64,000 bases of DNA from Leptospira sp. (GCA_034439575.1 JAWXAQ010000015.1:160001-224000); one strand, 5' to 3'; shown: positions 10,309 through 21,301, counted from the stretch's first letter. The notes: generated by a model from the sequence alone, not told the origin. Translations and numbers: made by a program.

Positions 10309-10707
10309 TTAGAATGGATAGACTTGATTCAAATCTTTCACATTGATTGAATTAAAATCAGGCCAAGTGCCAAACCATACATAATGATAAGATGAAAATA
10401 AGCCAAACATCATTGTTGTAAGTAAAATAAAAATCATCGTCTTACGAAAACCTAAAAGGTTACCCATTTCGACAGTTATTTTTAAAATAAATTTTGTAAA
10501 TCTATCAATAATTGAGAATAAAAAAGCTACTAGCAATAAAACAACTAACATCCCTATCATTGTCACAATAATTTTATGATGAGAGGATTGAAAACTAATG
10601 ATTTTTGCATTGATGATCGTGATGATTAAATCCACAGTCAAAATACAAAGAATTCGGAAATATACATTTAGCAATTTATGTAAAAAACTTGGTTTTTGGT
10701 TAGCCAT
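10309..10707 (-). CDS. Hypothetical 3-TM membrane protein
   Basis: Three hydrophobic segments; likely start ATG 10707 (MANQKP). Confidence 0.6.
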   Translation of the reverse strand: MANQKPSFLHKLLNVYFRILCILTVDLIITIINAKIISFQSSHHKIIVTMIGMLVVLLLVAFLFSIIDRFTKFILKITVEMGNLLGFRKTMIFILLTTMMFGLFSSYHYVWFGTWPDFNSINVKDLNQVYPF

Positions 10708-10804
10708 AGTCTGATTTCTAAATCTTATATATTTTCTTACAAGAAAAGATTTCAAATTTCGGTTGCCATAGATCAGACTATCATAGAAAAATTTATAATA
10801 CAAA

Positions 10805-11278
10805 ATGCATATTGAAAATAAAATACCGACTCATAACAATCTATATGCTATCATACAAAGCCGTAGAAAGTATTCAGAGCTTCCCGCACCGATTCGAGTT
10901 CCCATAGGTTCATTTGAAGTCAATTGGATTGGGCCGAATTGGTTTGTACGACTGGCGGTATTGGCTTTGGGTTTTGCGGGATTTAAAAATTGGTGGGGAA
11001 AGGAATTTATTTCTGATCACCAAGGGATGAATTTATTTATTCAAAATCACTCACCATCATTTTTAAAAAAATTTCCTATGGATATTTCGATTTCTAATTC
11101 AAACATAGATTCTTTCGAATGTATCAAAATTAAATACCCACCTAATGCTGGTTTTCCTTGGTATATAGTGATAGATGAATTTCGAGAACTGGATAAAGAT
11201 ACATTACTTGGCATGAGTTATGTAAAATTTTTTCCTGGTATGGCTTTACCCTTCTTACTTGTGAAAAATGGCTTTTGA
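10805..11278 (+). CDS. Hypothetical protein
   Basis: 157 aa ORF with WWGKEF, IKYP..FPW..VIDEFRELD..LLGM; looks like a conserved small beta-rich protein but family not recognised. Confidence 0.6.
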   Translation: MHIENKIPTHNNLYAIIQSRRKYSELPAPIRVPIGSFEVNWIGPNWFVRLAVLALGFAGFKNWWGKEFISDHQGMNLFIQNHSPSFLKKFPMDISISNSNIDSFECIKIKYPPNAGFPWYIVIDEFRELDKDTLLGMSYVKFFPGMALPFLLVKNGF

Positions 11279-11415
11279 AAGTTAAATAATCGCCATTCCA
11301 TTCGCTTAAATATGAAAAATATTTAATTTTTTATAATGATTCTAAATCTTATTTTGTTCATTTTTCGGAGTTTCCCGCATCATTTTGTTGGATTCTCGAT
11401 TCCTAATTCTTAGGA

Positions 11416-13389
11416 TTGGTCAAAATGGATAGAATTTACGAACATTTCAAAGAGAAATTGCTATTCATTCTGGTTTTTGTCGGAATATCGCAGTTCCATT
11501 TTTTGACAGCAGGTCCGTTTCAAGTTAACCCCTATATAAAAAACCAAGTCCCTTCTGAATGGAAATTCACGATCGAAGGCGAAAACTCACAAAAATCAGT
11601 GATCGTTGGTAAAAGTTTAGTGGATCAAGGGTACCAACCGCCCTTGTCAGGTACATATCGTTTTGAATTTTTTTATCCCGATATAAAAGTTTTTCCAGCC
11701 CAAGGTATATACTTAAATCGCATTCAAGAAGCCGATAAAATTTATTTGAACGGAGTGTTAGTTGGCGAAACAGGAAATTTTGAACCTTATGGCAAATATT
11801 CACCTAACTGGTACTACAAAAGATTGTATTACCTTCCCGATTCACTTTTAGTTCGCGGTGGAAATAATGTTATTGAAATAAAAATTTATTATCAAAACCA
11901 AACTTTCCCAGGCGGTATTTTTAGAAGTATTCCCGAAATAGGAAATTTTGAACTGCTCCAAGGGAATATTTTACGGGAAGATGGTAGAGATTTTTGTATC
12001 CTTATGTTGTTTTTTGGTATAGGTGCTTACCAGATTTTTTCTATTTTACTTAGAAAACAGCCTATTGCTAACTTTTTTCTATTTTGCTCTAGCATCTGTT
12101 TTGTTATGTGGCGTATTCCCTTATTAAATGTCACTCATCTTTATTCTGGATTAGAATTTCAAAGTTTGCTAAAAATATTTTTTATATTCCAAACTTTATT
12201 TCCCGTCGCTTTACTCCTATTTAGTTATGCATTATTTAAAGATCCGCTTAGATTAAAAGAATTTATATTACTTCTACTGATTTCAGTTATAGCGGTGATA
12301 CACCTTTTTAATATAGAAGGAAGTACGAGAATTTTACTCTTAAGAATCTGGGAAGCAGCTCTATTATTTGTGGTCAGTTTTGTTTTGATCGGAGTTTATA
12401 GAGCCTCAAAAGTTTTTAAACAAGAAGCGATTATGTTGGGAAGTGGATTTTTAGTTCTCTGTTTGGCGGGCATAACTGATATTATTATCGATGTCACGAC
12501 GGGGAAAAATATTTATCTGACTCAGTATGGATTTTTAATTTTAATGATATTATCAGCTGTAACCATTTCATTTCGGAATGCCAAAAACGAAAAAGAATTA
12601 TCTCTACTGACAAAGGATCTTGAAGCGAGAGTTCATATTCGTACTGAAGAATTAAAACAAAAAAATCACAACCTCCAACAAGATTTATTTTTTGCCTCAC
12701 AACTCCAAGGTCATTTACTTCCAAAGGAATCACCTTCAATTTCTGGACTTCGGTTACACCCAACGTATTTGCCTATGGAACAAGTGGGTGGAGATTTTTA
12801 CGATTGGGTAGAATTGAACGATAAACAATTGTTATTCTTAATTGCTGATGTAGCTGGACATGGAGTACCTGCGGCTCTTGTTTCATCCATGGTTAAAGTC
12901 CAATTTCGAGAAATTACAAAGGATATCACACATCCAGCAGAAGTATTGGCCCGAATGAACGAGTCCTTAACTCAACTAGTTAGCAAATATTATATCACTG
13001 CCACTTGTGCATTATTTGATTTAGAAAAAAAAACCGTCACAATCAGTTCTGCAGGACATCCAAATCCATTGATTTATAATGTCTACCATCCGCATTTTCA
13101 TTTTTTAAACTTACGAGGATCTATTCTTGGATGGAGAGAATCTTTTTCCTACCAAAGTATAGAAGAAAAATTAAATTCAGGTGATCGCTACTTTTTTTAT
13201 ACTGATGGTGTAACGGAAGCTAGATCAGATGGAAAATTTTTTGGTGAAGCAAATTTAATCAGACTAATACAAAATTTTCGCCAAAAAGACATTCAAGTCT
13301 TGGCAGAAAATATACAAATAGAAATTTTGGATTATTCAGATTCGGAATTAAAAGATGATGTAACTTACGTTATCATTGAAATCATTTGA
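11416..13389 (+). CDS. Membrane sensor phosphatase: sugar-binding-like extracellular domain + 7TM + SpoIIE/PP2C
   Basis: DKIYLNGVLVGETG (galactose-binding-like fold), about 7 TM helices, coiled coil, then VGGDFY, ADVAGHGV, YTDG and DDVT. Confidence 0.85.
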   Translation: MVKMDRIYEHFKEKLLFILVFVGISQFHFLTAGPFQVNPYIKNQVPSEWKFTIEGENSQKSVIVGKSLVDQGYQPPLSGTYRFEFFYPDIKVFPAQGIYLNRIQEADKIYLNGVLVGETGNFEPYGKYSPNWYYKRLYYLPDSLLVRGGNNVIEIKIYYQNQTFPGGIFRSIPEIGNFELLQGNILREDGRDFCILMLFFGIGAYQIFSILLRKQPIANFFLFCSSICFVMWRIPLLNVTHLYSGLEFQSLLKIFFIFQTLFPVALLLFSYALFKDPLRLKEFILLLLISVIAVIHLFNIEGSTRILLLRIWEAALLFVVSFVLIGVYRASKVFKQEAIMLGSGFLVLCLAGITDIIIDVTTGKNIYLTQYGFLILMILSAVTISFRNAKNEKELSLLTKDLEARVHIRTEELKQKNHNLQQDLFFASQLQGHLLPKESPSISGLRLHPTYLPMEQVGGDFYDWVELNDKQLLFLIADVAGHGVPAALVSSMVKVQFREITKDITHPAEVLARMNESLTQLVSKYYITATCALFDLEKKTVTISSAGHPNPLIYNVYHPHFHFLNLRGSILGWRESFSYQSIEEKLNSGDRYFFYTDGVTEARSDGKFFGEANLIRLIQNFRQKDIQVLAENIQIEILDYSDSELKDDVTYVIIEII

Positions 13390-14158
13390 GTAATGAATTC
13401 TTTTTTTCATCTATAGATTCAATCATTCGATCTTTTAGCATTACTCCTGTTAATTTTTTTGAAACAGCTTCTTCTAATAAGTACATAAGTTTCGCTTTTG
13501 CACGTACAAAATCCAATCCATCAGGTCGAATGTTAGATATACAATTTCGACTCTCATCTGTTGTTCCGATTTTTGCATTATAAGTTATATATGCACCTAT
13601 GCTATCCGCAGAACTGAGCCCTGGTCTTTCACCGATCAAAACAAGAACCATTTTAGTGTTAAAAATTTCTGATACAGCATCGCCAATGGCTACCCTTCCA
13701 TTTTCAATGCATACAAGAGGAGCTAAATTAGGGAATAGTTTTTGAATGGATGACTGTATCTCAGCCAACAATGGTACAATATTCAAATTTATCGCATTTG
13801 GTGAGAGTCCATCCACTAAACAAATGCTTAAATCAAATGCTATTGTTTTGTCTTTAATTAGTTTTAATTTTTCAATGGACTTCTCATCGAGTAATCTTCC
13901 TAAATCGGGCCTTAGTAAATATTCTTCCCTTGACTTTGCCTTAGTATGCAACAAAGAAACGGAACCCCAATATTTTAATTCATCGGATATCTTATCCCAA
14001 TCACATTTTCCCCAAACGGCATCCTTTGCTTTTGCATGATCGAACCTAAATTGTAACATATCCTTGGTTCCAATAGATCCACCTGATCTCTGTAAACCGA
14101 TTCTTGCAGATGTAAATTTTTTAAATTGTTCCCATTGTTTTGGTTCTTTATTTTCCAT
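13382..14158 (-). CDS. eutC: Ethanolamine ammonia-lyase small subunit
   Basis: TSARIGL.RSG, YLLRPDLGR, DGLS, IGERPGLSSADS and RNCISNIR; adjacent to eutB. Confidence 0.95.
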   Translation of the reverse strand: MENKEPKQWEQFKKFTSARIGLQRSGGSIGTKDMLQFRFDHAKAKDAVWGKCDWDKISDELKYWGSVSLLHTKAKSREEYLLRPDLGRLLDEKSIEKLKLIKDKTIAFDLSICLVDGLSPNAINLNIVPLLAEIQSSIQKLFPNLAPLVCIENGRVAIGDAVSEIFNTKMVLVLIGERPGLSSADSIGAYITYNAKIGTTDESRNCISNIRPDGLDFVRAKAKLMYLLEEAVSKKLTGVMLKDRMIESIDEKKNSLLK

Positions 14159-15539
14159 TCCACAACTCCGTATAACCAATTAATAGTGGACTACGATTTT
14201 CGGAAGTGATAGGAAGCAATTTTTGATTGAAAATACCCATATTTTGTAACCAAGTTTCAAATTCTGGTGATGGTCTTAATCCTAAACTTTGACGTAAATA
14301 TAGTGCGTCATGAAAAGATGTACTTTGGTAAGATAACATAATGTCATCAGAACCAGGAATACCCATAATAAAATTACATCCAGCTACACCTAACATAGTC
14401 AACAACACATCCATATCATCTGAATCAGCATCAGCGTGGTTCGTATAACAGATATCTACACCCATAGGCAATCCCAATACTTTACCGCAAAAATGATCTT
14501 CTAAACCTGCCCTTGTTATTTGTTTTCCATTAAATAAATATTCTGGTCCAATGAAACCGACGACTGTATTTACTAGTAAGGGAGAAAATTCACGGGCGAC
14601 GGCATATGCCCTAACTTCAAGCGTCTGTTGGTCTACTCCATGATGTGCATTGGCAGATAGGGCACTACCTTGTCCCGTTTCGAAGTACATTACATTATCT
14701 CCCTTAGTATATCTTTTTAAAGATAAGGCTTGTTCTCTGGCCTCTTTTAGGATAGATAGATTGATACCGAAACTTTCATTTAATTTTTGAGTCCCACCAA
14801 TTGATTGAAATACTAGATCCAAGGGAGCATTTTCTTTCATTAACTCCATCGAAGTCGTTACATGCGAAAGAACACAGGTTTGAGTTGGGATATCATATTT
14901 CCTTCGTATCGAATCCATCAATTCAAGTAACTTTCGGGAATTTTGAAGGTTGTCAGTGGCAGGATTAATACCAATCACGGCATCTCCCGCACCTAACATA
15001 AGACCATCGAGTATACTCGCCGCCACACCTGTTATTTCGTCTGTCGGATGATTTGGTTGTAACCGAACGGATAATCTTCCCTTTTCTCCAATGGTGTTAC
15101 GAAATGAAGTGACAACTCTACATTTACTTGCACCTAACACTAAATCTTGAATGGACATGATTTTGGAAACTGCCGCAACCATCTCTGGCGTTACAGCATA
15201 ACGAATGGAAGTCATATTTGATTCTTCCACATCCGCTGAAAGAATCCATTCACGAAATGAACCTACAGTTAAATGACTAATGATAGAAAATGCATTTGGA
15301 TCGAATTGTTGATTGATAAGTGCTGTCACTTCATCATCAGAACTTGGTATTAATTCTGAATTTAAAAAATCTTTAAGGGGCAAATCTGCTAAACAAAATT
15401 GTGCAGCTACTCTTTCTTCCTGATTCAAAGCTGATACACCAGCCAATACATCCCCCGAACGTAAGGGGCTTGCCTTCGCAAGTAAGGTTTTCAAATCCTT
15501 GAACTTATAGATTCTGTTTCCCAGTTTTGTTTGGTACAT
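14148..15539 (-). CDS. eutB: Ethanolamine ammonia-lyase large subunit (AdoCbl-dependent)
   Basis: RSGDVLAG, RLQPNHPTD, YFETGQGSALS, NTVVGFIGPEYL and YTNHA. Confidence 0.97.
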   Translation of the reverse strand: MYQTKLGNRIYKFKDLKTLLAKASPLRSGDVLAGVSALNQEERVAAQFCLADLPLKDFLNSELIPSSDDEVTALINQQFDPNAFSIISHLTVGSFREWILSADVEESNMTSIRYAVTPEMVAAVSKIMSIQDLVLGASKCRVVTSFRNTIGEKGRLSVRLQPNHPTDEITGVAASILDGLMLGAGDAVIGINPATDNLQNSRKLLELMDSIRRKYDIPTQTCVLSHVTTSMELMKENAPLDLVFQSIGGTQKLNESFGINLSILKEAREQALSLKRYTKGDNVMYFETGQGSALSANAHHGVDQQTLEVRAYAVAREFSPLLVNTVVGFIGPEYLFNGKQITRAGLEDHFCGKVLGLPMGVDICYTNHADADSDDMDVLLTMLGVAGCNFIMGIPGSDDIMLSYQSTSFHDALYLRQSLGLRPSPEFETWLQNMGIFNQKLLPITSENRSPLLIGYTELWNGK

Positions 15540-15675
15540 GAATGATAAGGGAAACAGTAATTTGAAAAAGAACAATAAAAAAAGACGATTATATATATAC
15601 TTTTATCAATGCTTAAATTTCGCATTCACAAGAAATGCTTTGAGTATTCTAGATTGAGTGAAATTTTGGATTATC

Positions 15676-16422
15676 ATGGCCGATGAAAAAATATATCAAA
15701 CATTAATCATTGAGGATGAATATCCAGCTAGAATGCTAATGATTGATTTTATACTCAATTGCCCTGAGTTAAAACTTGCAGGTATCGCAGAAGATGGAAA
15801 CAAAGCACTTGATCTATTGTCTGAAAAAGAATTTGATCTAGTTTTTGTGGATATCAATTTGCCTGTATTCTCTGGAATTGACATTATTAAAAAAGCAAAG
15901 AATGATAAAACTTTTTTCATTCTAACAACAGCTTATAGTGAGTATGCGGTGGAAGCTTTTAATTTAGATGCGATAGATTATCTATTAAAGCCCTTTTCAT
16001 TTGAGAGATTTCGCAAATCGGTCGAAAAAGCTATTAAATTTATAAAAGAATCAAACTCTTCCAAAACAATTCAAAATGCAAATAACTCTGGCCAATTAAA
16101 TTTTCAATCGGAATCAACTACTTATTTGCTACCATTTCAAGATATTCACTACATTTCATCACATAACAAAAGCAGTGTGATCCATACAGAAATTAAAGAC
16201 TATGAAACACCAAAACTTTTAAAAGAATTAGAAGAAAAACTTCCACCTACACTATTTATTCGGATACATAAAGGGTTTTTAGTTAACAAAGAGTGGATAT
16301 CTAGTTTAAAATATGATAAGGGAGGGGCGTATATATTACAGTTAAGAAATGAAGACGAAACAGTGTTACCTGTCGGAAGAGTTTATGCAAACTCATTAAA
16401 AGAAACATTAGGATTGAGATAA
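15676..16422 (+). CDS. LytTR family response regulator
   Basis: Receiver (IEDE, VDINLP, DYLLKP) plus LytTR domain (FIRIHKGFLVN, LPVGR). Confidence 0.93.
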   Translation: MADEKIYQTLIIEDEYPARMLMIDFILNCPELKLAGIAEDGNKALDLLSEKEFDLVFVDINLPVFSGIDIIKKAKNDKTFFILTTAYSEYAVEAFNLDAIDYLLKPFSFERFRKSVEKAIKFIKESNSSKTIQNANNSGQLNFQSESTTYLLPFQDIHYISSHNKSSVIHTEIKDYETPKLLKELEEKLPPTLFIRIHKGFLVNKEWISSLKYDKGGAYILQLRNEDETVLPVGRVYANSLKETLGLR

Positions 16423-16549
16423 TAAAACTGTTAATTCCCGCGTACGTAGCGTTTACTCCTTAATACATAGCTAATCCAAGTTATTCGGAATTTACCCTTG
16501 ACTTCGAAGAAAGTTTAATAAGTTTCTGATTTAAGTCGGAGTATATTTA

Positions 16550-16933
16550 ATGCATAAAATTTACCTTTCCTTACTTCTCATTCTGTTTTCTGTTTCGTTC
16601 TCTAACTGTGCTTCTTCGACAGTAGGCATTGCATCGAGCAATAGACCTATACCCGGGACACCTTACGAAACTATAAAAACTGTAGATAAAATATTTACAT
16701 GGTATTCCGTAGATTTCATTATCATCAGCGGAACCACTTCGACTCCACCAACCGAAAAAATATATGGGGAAATGATGGAAGGCGAATCTGCTGATGCCAT
16801 TGTCAACATTCGATATTATAATGAAAAAGCCGTTTTTGGACCTTTGATTCGACACAGATTCGGTATCAAGGGCGACCTAGTTCGTTTTACACAAACTCCA
16901 GCAACCACAACAACCAAAGGCAAAAGCAGGTAA
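16550..16933 (+). CDS. Small lipoprotein (TRL/Bor-like; leptospiral TonB-locus lipoprotein)
   Basis: Lipobox FSNC; ADAIVNIRY pattern. Confidence 0.7.
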   Translation: MHKIYLSLLLILFSVSFSNCASSTVGIASSNRPIPGTPYETIKTVDKIFTWYSVDFIIISGTTSTPPTEKIYGEMMEGESADAIVNIRYYNEKAVFGPLIRHRFGIKGDLVRFTQTPATTTTKGKSR

Positions 16934-16940
16934 ACGAGAG

Positions 16941-17339
16941 ATGTTTTTCTTCAAACACCTAACTTTGATATGGATTGGATTAATAACATTCAATTGTATC
17001 GGAATGAAGTTACGCAGTGAATTGCATCTATTTGATTCTGCGACAATTGTTCAATCAGACAACTACGTAGTATTAGGGAAAGGTGTCGGACAAGATTCGG
17101 CTTTTTTTCTTTTTGGGATGATCCCCGTTACAAAAGAGCCTAACGTAGAATTAGCGATGAGCCAAGCATTAGAAAAATTTCCTGATGGCCGGACATTGAT
17201 TAATATACAAATTGCCAGAGAAGATAGACCCTATTTTCCTCTCGGCCTTGTAACATCAGTTATTGTTTATGCCGATGTTGTAGGTGAACCAAAAATTCCT
17301 ATTGATGAGATACCAACACAAAAGGGATCCAAAAAATGA
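16941..17339 (+). CDS. Small lipoprotein (TRL/Bor-like)
   Basis: Lipobox TFNC; Y.VLGKG.G...FFLFG..P and LINI pattern, which resembles the upstream lipoprotein. Confidence 0.7.
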   Translation: MFFFKHLTLIWIGLITFNCIGMKLRSELHLFDSATIVQSDNYVVLGKGVGQDSAFFLFGMIPVTKEPNVELAMSQALEKFPDGRTLINIQIAREDRPYFPLGLVTSVIVYADVVGEPKIPIDEIPTQKGSKK

Positions 17340-17686
17340 TCGGAAAGTTTTTGAAAATATTTCTTTTGATTACAATGATTGTTTTTTCTTCTTCATGTGC
17401 CCAAGAAGAAGAAAGAGTTCCTGTTAGCGATGCTCAAAGTCAAATTTTAGCTTCTGCAAAATTTTCTGCAGATCGTTGCGGAACTCCTATACCAGAACCT
17501 CCTTTAATCATTGTTAGTGATCCCATAAAACGGAATTTAGACCTCTGTACTATTTCCATCACTCGTACCGGTTGCCCATTTACAGCTTATCCATTACCCT
17601 GTCTGTTAATTTACCTTCAAAAAGATCCAGGGAATATCCCATGGTATGTGAACTTCAATGAAATCAGCAAACAAACAATTAAGTAA
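17336..17686 (+). CDS. Cys-rich lipoprotein
   Basis: Lipobox SSSC; NLDLCTISI...CPF..YPLPC. Confidence 0.7.
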   Translation: MIGKFLKIFLLITMIVFSSSCAQEEERVPVSDAQSQILASAKFSADRCGTPIPEPPLIIVSDPIKRNLDLCTISITRTGCPFTAYPLPCLLIYLQKDPGNIPWYVNFNEISKQTIK

Positions 17687-20165
17687 AGTTATACTAATCT
17701 TTTTAGTGAGTTTTTTATCCTCACCTTTATTCGCGGTTAGCGTCAAAGCGAAGCTATTTAATGCGAAAACAGAAAAGGGAGAGAAAAATTTATCAGTCAT
17801 GGTGTTTGAAACAAAGAAATTTTTTCAAACTGATGACGAAGGAAATGTAAATTTAGAATTTCCAAGTCCAGGGGAATATACCTTACGATTACTGAAAGAT
17901 ACGGGTGCTGTTGATATAAAGTTAACAGTTTCTTCTGATGAACGTCGAACTATTTATACGGATAAAAAAGCTCCGCCAAAAGGTGGGATCACTGTCGAAG
18001 GAGAGCGAGAAAAAACAGTAGCTTCACGAACTAAGGTTCGTTATGACGAAATTAAACGAATGCCAGGAACTTTTGGAGAAGCCCTAAGAGCCCTGGAAAC
18101 ACTCCCAGGTGTGATACCAAATATCGGATTTGGTGGTGGTGCCAATGGAATCATAGTTCGGGGTGCAGATCCACAATCAAATACTTATTTATATGATGAT
18201 TTACCGATTCTCTATGCATACCATTTAGATGGATTAACATCTGTTATTCACAATGATCTAATCAAATCGATTGATTTATACCGTGGTGCCTTTCCAGCTA
18301 ATTTTAACAATGCGACAGGTGGTGTGATTGAGATAGAAACTATCGATACGGTTCAAAAAACAAAAGGTGCTTTTCAAGTGTCTCTTTGGAATACTACTGC
18401 TTATACGGCAACCCCATTCGCCAACGGTAAGGGGTATGTGGCTGTAGGTGGAAAATATGGTTACTTAGATAGAACCTTAGGCCAATCAGGCTTACTTCCC
18501 GAAGGAATTCGTCTCCCTAGATATAATGACTCACAAGTAAAATTTGTATATAATTTTACTCAAGAACACCAAATATCATTCTATAACCTAACAGCTCAAG
18601 ATAACTTTGCAATTAATGTTCCTAATAAACCCGAAAATGATCCTACAAAAGATAGTTTAGGAACTTTCTCGGCCGCTCGTGCCAATTTTGGTCAAAGTTT
18701 TAGAACTACCGCTCTTCGATATTCTTGGATACCGAGTGAAAAATTTCAGAACAGACTTACTCTGATTAACTATGATCCTATCCAAGAGTACAATGTCGGA
18801 ATCGGATCAATTGTTGGAAAAGCATTTACAAGATCGGCTTATTTAGGACTTAGACAAGATGCTACTTGGACAGTAAACACTATGTTTAAAATTGATTTTG
18901 GATCGGAATATAGAAAACTCGCATTCAGAAGTTATGGTGATGAGGTCAAACTTCGAGATCCGACAAATCCTTCGCCAAATCCGTACAATACGACAAATCC
19001 AGATTTTTTCACACAGCCAGCAAGATCTGTCGGTTCCTCAGCATATTACAATGCTTATACGACAGTTCATGTTAAAATGGGTAATTTCGCGTTCGAACCA
19101 GGGGTTCGTTATGATCACTTAGAAGCTACAAAAAATGGAGCTCTAGGACCGAGAGCCACTATTTCCTATACTTTCCCCGAAGTGGGCAAAGGACTTACAA
19201 TTTTTGGAAGTGGTGGAGATTTAGCAAGATTTCCACAAACCACAGTATTTAATCCAGACTCAGGTAATCCTGATTTAAAATTTGAAAAAGTCCGCAAAAC
19301 GGGCGTTGGTTTAGATCAGAAAATTACAAATACTTACGATGTTAAATTTGAAGTCTTTAAAAATGAGTTCAAAGATACAATCGTTAGTGATCCATACGCA
19401 TCCATACCAATTGGCCTAAACCCAGATAAAAACCAATGGCTTTCACAACCTCTTGTTTCAAATCGTCCTCTCAATTATTCAAATAAAGGAAATGGTTGGT
19501 CACATGGTTATGAAGTGATGGTGAGAAAAAATTCTAAACCAGGCGCTAGAGATTGGTTTGGTTGGTTATCATATACTTGGTCACAATCATTTTCAAACAC
19601 AAATATTTATAAAATTTATGATGGTGATACTTTTCAATATTCTTCTGTAGAGCGTAAAGTTTTAGCCGAATATGCTAACAATTCTAAGGAACAACTCGCG
19701 ACCTGGGATAGAACGCATGTTATCAATGCTGTCTATGGTTGGAGAATGACGGAGGAATACCAGTTAGGTGGAAGATGGAGTTATTTGACATCTACACCTT
19801 ACCGACCTATCACTGGTGACGATGGTGGAAAATTCACAAATCCTGCAAATGGCATTACATATTGGAATGATACATATTCAAACAACCCTTATACGGCAGA
19901 ATATGGCAATGTGAAACGTGGAGCCGATTACCATCGATTAGATATAAGGCTAGATATTTTCGAAAACTATTCTTGGGGATATTTGAATTGGTATCTTGAA
20001 ATAGTGAATGTTTATTTGAGAAAAAATACAAATGGACAAAGTTATGATAACTCGAGACCTTTTTCAGCGACCAACCCAACGCCAGCTCAAACATTTGGAA
20101 CATTAGAACTTCCAAATCGAACAATCATACCATTTTTTAACATAGGAATGGAGGCACATTTCTAA
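17658..20165 (+). CDS. TonB-dependent outer membrane receptor
   Basis: N-terminal extension, plug (LPGV...IVRG...IDLYRG), amphipathic beta strands, C-terminal Phe; followed by exbB-exbD-tonB. Confidence 0.92.
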   Translation: MKSANKQLSKVILIFLVSFLSSPLFAVSVKAKLFNAKTEKGEKNLSVMVFETKKFFQTDDEGNVNLEFPSPGEYTLRLLKDTGAVDIKLTVSSDERRTIYTDKKAPPKGGITVEGEREKTVASRTKVRYDEIKRMPGTFGEALRALETLPGVIPNIGFGGGANGIIVRGADPQSNTYLYDDLPILYAYHLDGLTSVIHNDLIKSIDLYRGAFPANFNNATGGVIEIETIDTVQKTKGAFQVSLWNTTAYTATPFANGKGYVAVGGKYGYLDRTLGQSGLLPEGIRLPRYNDSQVKFVYNFTQEHQISFYNLTAQDNFAINVPNKPENDPTKDSLGTFSAARANFGQSFRTTALRYSWIPSEKFQNRLTLINYDPIQEYNVGIGSIVGKAFTRSAYLGLRQDATWTVNTMFKIDFGSEYRKLAFRSYGDEVKLRDPTNPSPNPYNTTNPDFFTQPARSVGSSAYYNAYTTVHVKMGNFAFEPGVRYDHLEATKNGALGPRATISYTFPEVGKGLTIFGSGGDLARFPQTTVFNPDSGNPDLKFEKVRKTGVGLDQKITNTYDVKFEVFKNEFKDTIVSDPYASIPIGLNPDKNQWLSQPLVSNRPLNYSNKGNGWSHGYEVMVRKNSKPGARDWFGWLSYTWSQSFSNTNIYKIYDGDTFQYSSVERKVLAEYANNSKEQLATWDRTHVINAVYGWRMTEEYQLGGRWSYLTSTPYRPITGDDGGKFTNPANGITYWNDTYSNNPYTAEYGNVKRGADYHRLDIRLDIFENYSWGYLNWYLEIVNVYLRKNTNGQSYDNSRPFSATNPTPAQTFGTLELPNRTIIPFFNIGMEAHF

Positions 20166-20683
20166 TGAAAGTTAGCTTATCTATTTTATTATTTATTTTT
20201 GCTTTTTCTTGCCTGATTCAATGTAAAGCGAAAGAGAGCTCTTACCAAGAAGATTACAACAATATAATTTTGTTACAATTGGCGACGGCACCTAACAATC
20301 CGACTCCAGTTTGTGTTAATTTATTAAAAAAACAAACAGAATGCCTAACAGCTCGTGCAACTTCACTTGGCATCATCACACCTCTTAGTTCTGATGAAAC
20401 GTATTCAAATCAGTGTACGACTTTACTTCAATCGAATCAATTCAACACGATGTCGCCAATATCTCAGACTTGCGTTTTAACATGCCAAGAAACAGATTGG
20501 AAAACAAAGGTATCGTCGGGCGAATGTACGACTTCAACTCCAAGTAGTTTGATTGCTTCTAGTAGCTCAAATATAACAGTTAGGAATTGTATACGTTCTT
20601 GTTTTCAAACTACGAATGGTGTCGTTTCAGATTCTGATATTTCGAAATTATTGATTTTTAATTTTATACAAAACGGAGATTAA
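20165..20683 (+). CDS. Cys-rich lipoprotein
   Basis: Lipobox LIQC; eight further cysteines in the mature part. Confidence 0.7.
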   Translation: MKVSLSILLFIFAFSCLIQCKAKESSYQEDYNNIILLQLATAPNNPTPVCVNLLKKQTECLTARATSLGIITPLSSDETYSNQCTTLLQSNQFNTMSPISQTCVLTCQETDWKTKVSSGECTTSTPSSLIASSSSNITVRNCIRSCFQTTNGVVSDSDISKLLIFNFIQNGD

Positions 20684-20684
20684 C

Positions 20685-21299
20685 ATGCAGGAATTTGTTG
20701 AAATCGGAGAAAACTTAGTCTTCTTGGCTATGACCATTGCGAGTGTTGTCGCATTTGCTGTCTTTCTAGAAAGACTACTTTATTTTCGTAAAACTATGGG
20801 AAAAGTAAACGAAACTTTCCTAACAGAAGTTAGAAGCTCTCTACACGAAAAACCTGAAATCTCTTGGGAAGCACCTTTGACACATACTTCCTCCTATTGG
20901 AGATTCGTACACTTTGCCTTAAGACAAATTGGCCTAGGCAGAAAAGGTCTAGATGAAAGTCTTGAAGGACAAATACTTTCTGAAAAACTGGAACTAGAAA
21001 AAAGATTACCGATTCTCAATACTCTAGGAAACAATGCACCGTTTATTGGACTTCTGGGCACTGTTCTTGGTGTTATCAAAGCTTTTTATGGTTTGGGGAC
21101 ACTCGGAGCTTCTGGCGCCGATGTTGTTATGCGATCTATTTCTACTGCACTTCTTGCGACAGCTGCTGGCCTAGGTGTTGCTATTCCCGTTGTTATGGCG
21201 AATAACTATTTTTCCCGCAAAGCTAAAGTAATACTTCAAAACTTGGAAATTTTAAAGAAGGAATTTATCTCGTTTCAAATGAATAAAACGAAGGTATAA
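20685..21299 (+). CDS. exbB: ExbB/TolQ/MotA proton channel
   Basis: APFIGLLGTVLG and ALLATAAGLGVAIP. Confidence 0.92.
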   Translation: MQEFVEIGENLVFLAMTIASVVAFAVFLERLLYFRKTMGKVNETFLTEVRSSLHEKPEISWEAPLTHTSSYWRFVHFALRQIGLGRKGLDESLEGQILSEKLELEKRLPILNTLGNNAPFIGLLGTVLGVIKAFYGLGTLGASGADVVMRSISTALLATAAGLGVAIPVVMANNYFSRKAKVILQNLEILKKEFISFQMNKTKV

Positions 21300-21301
21300 T
21301 C

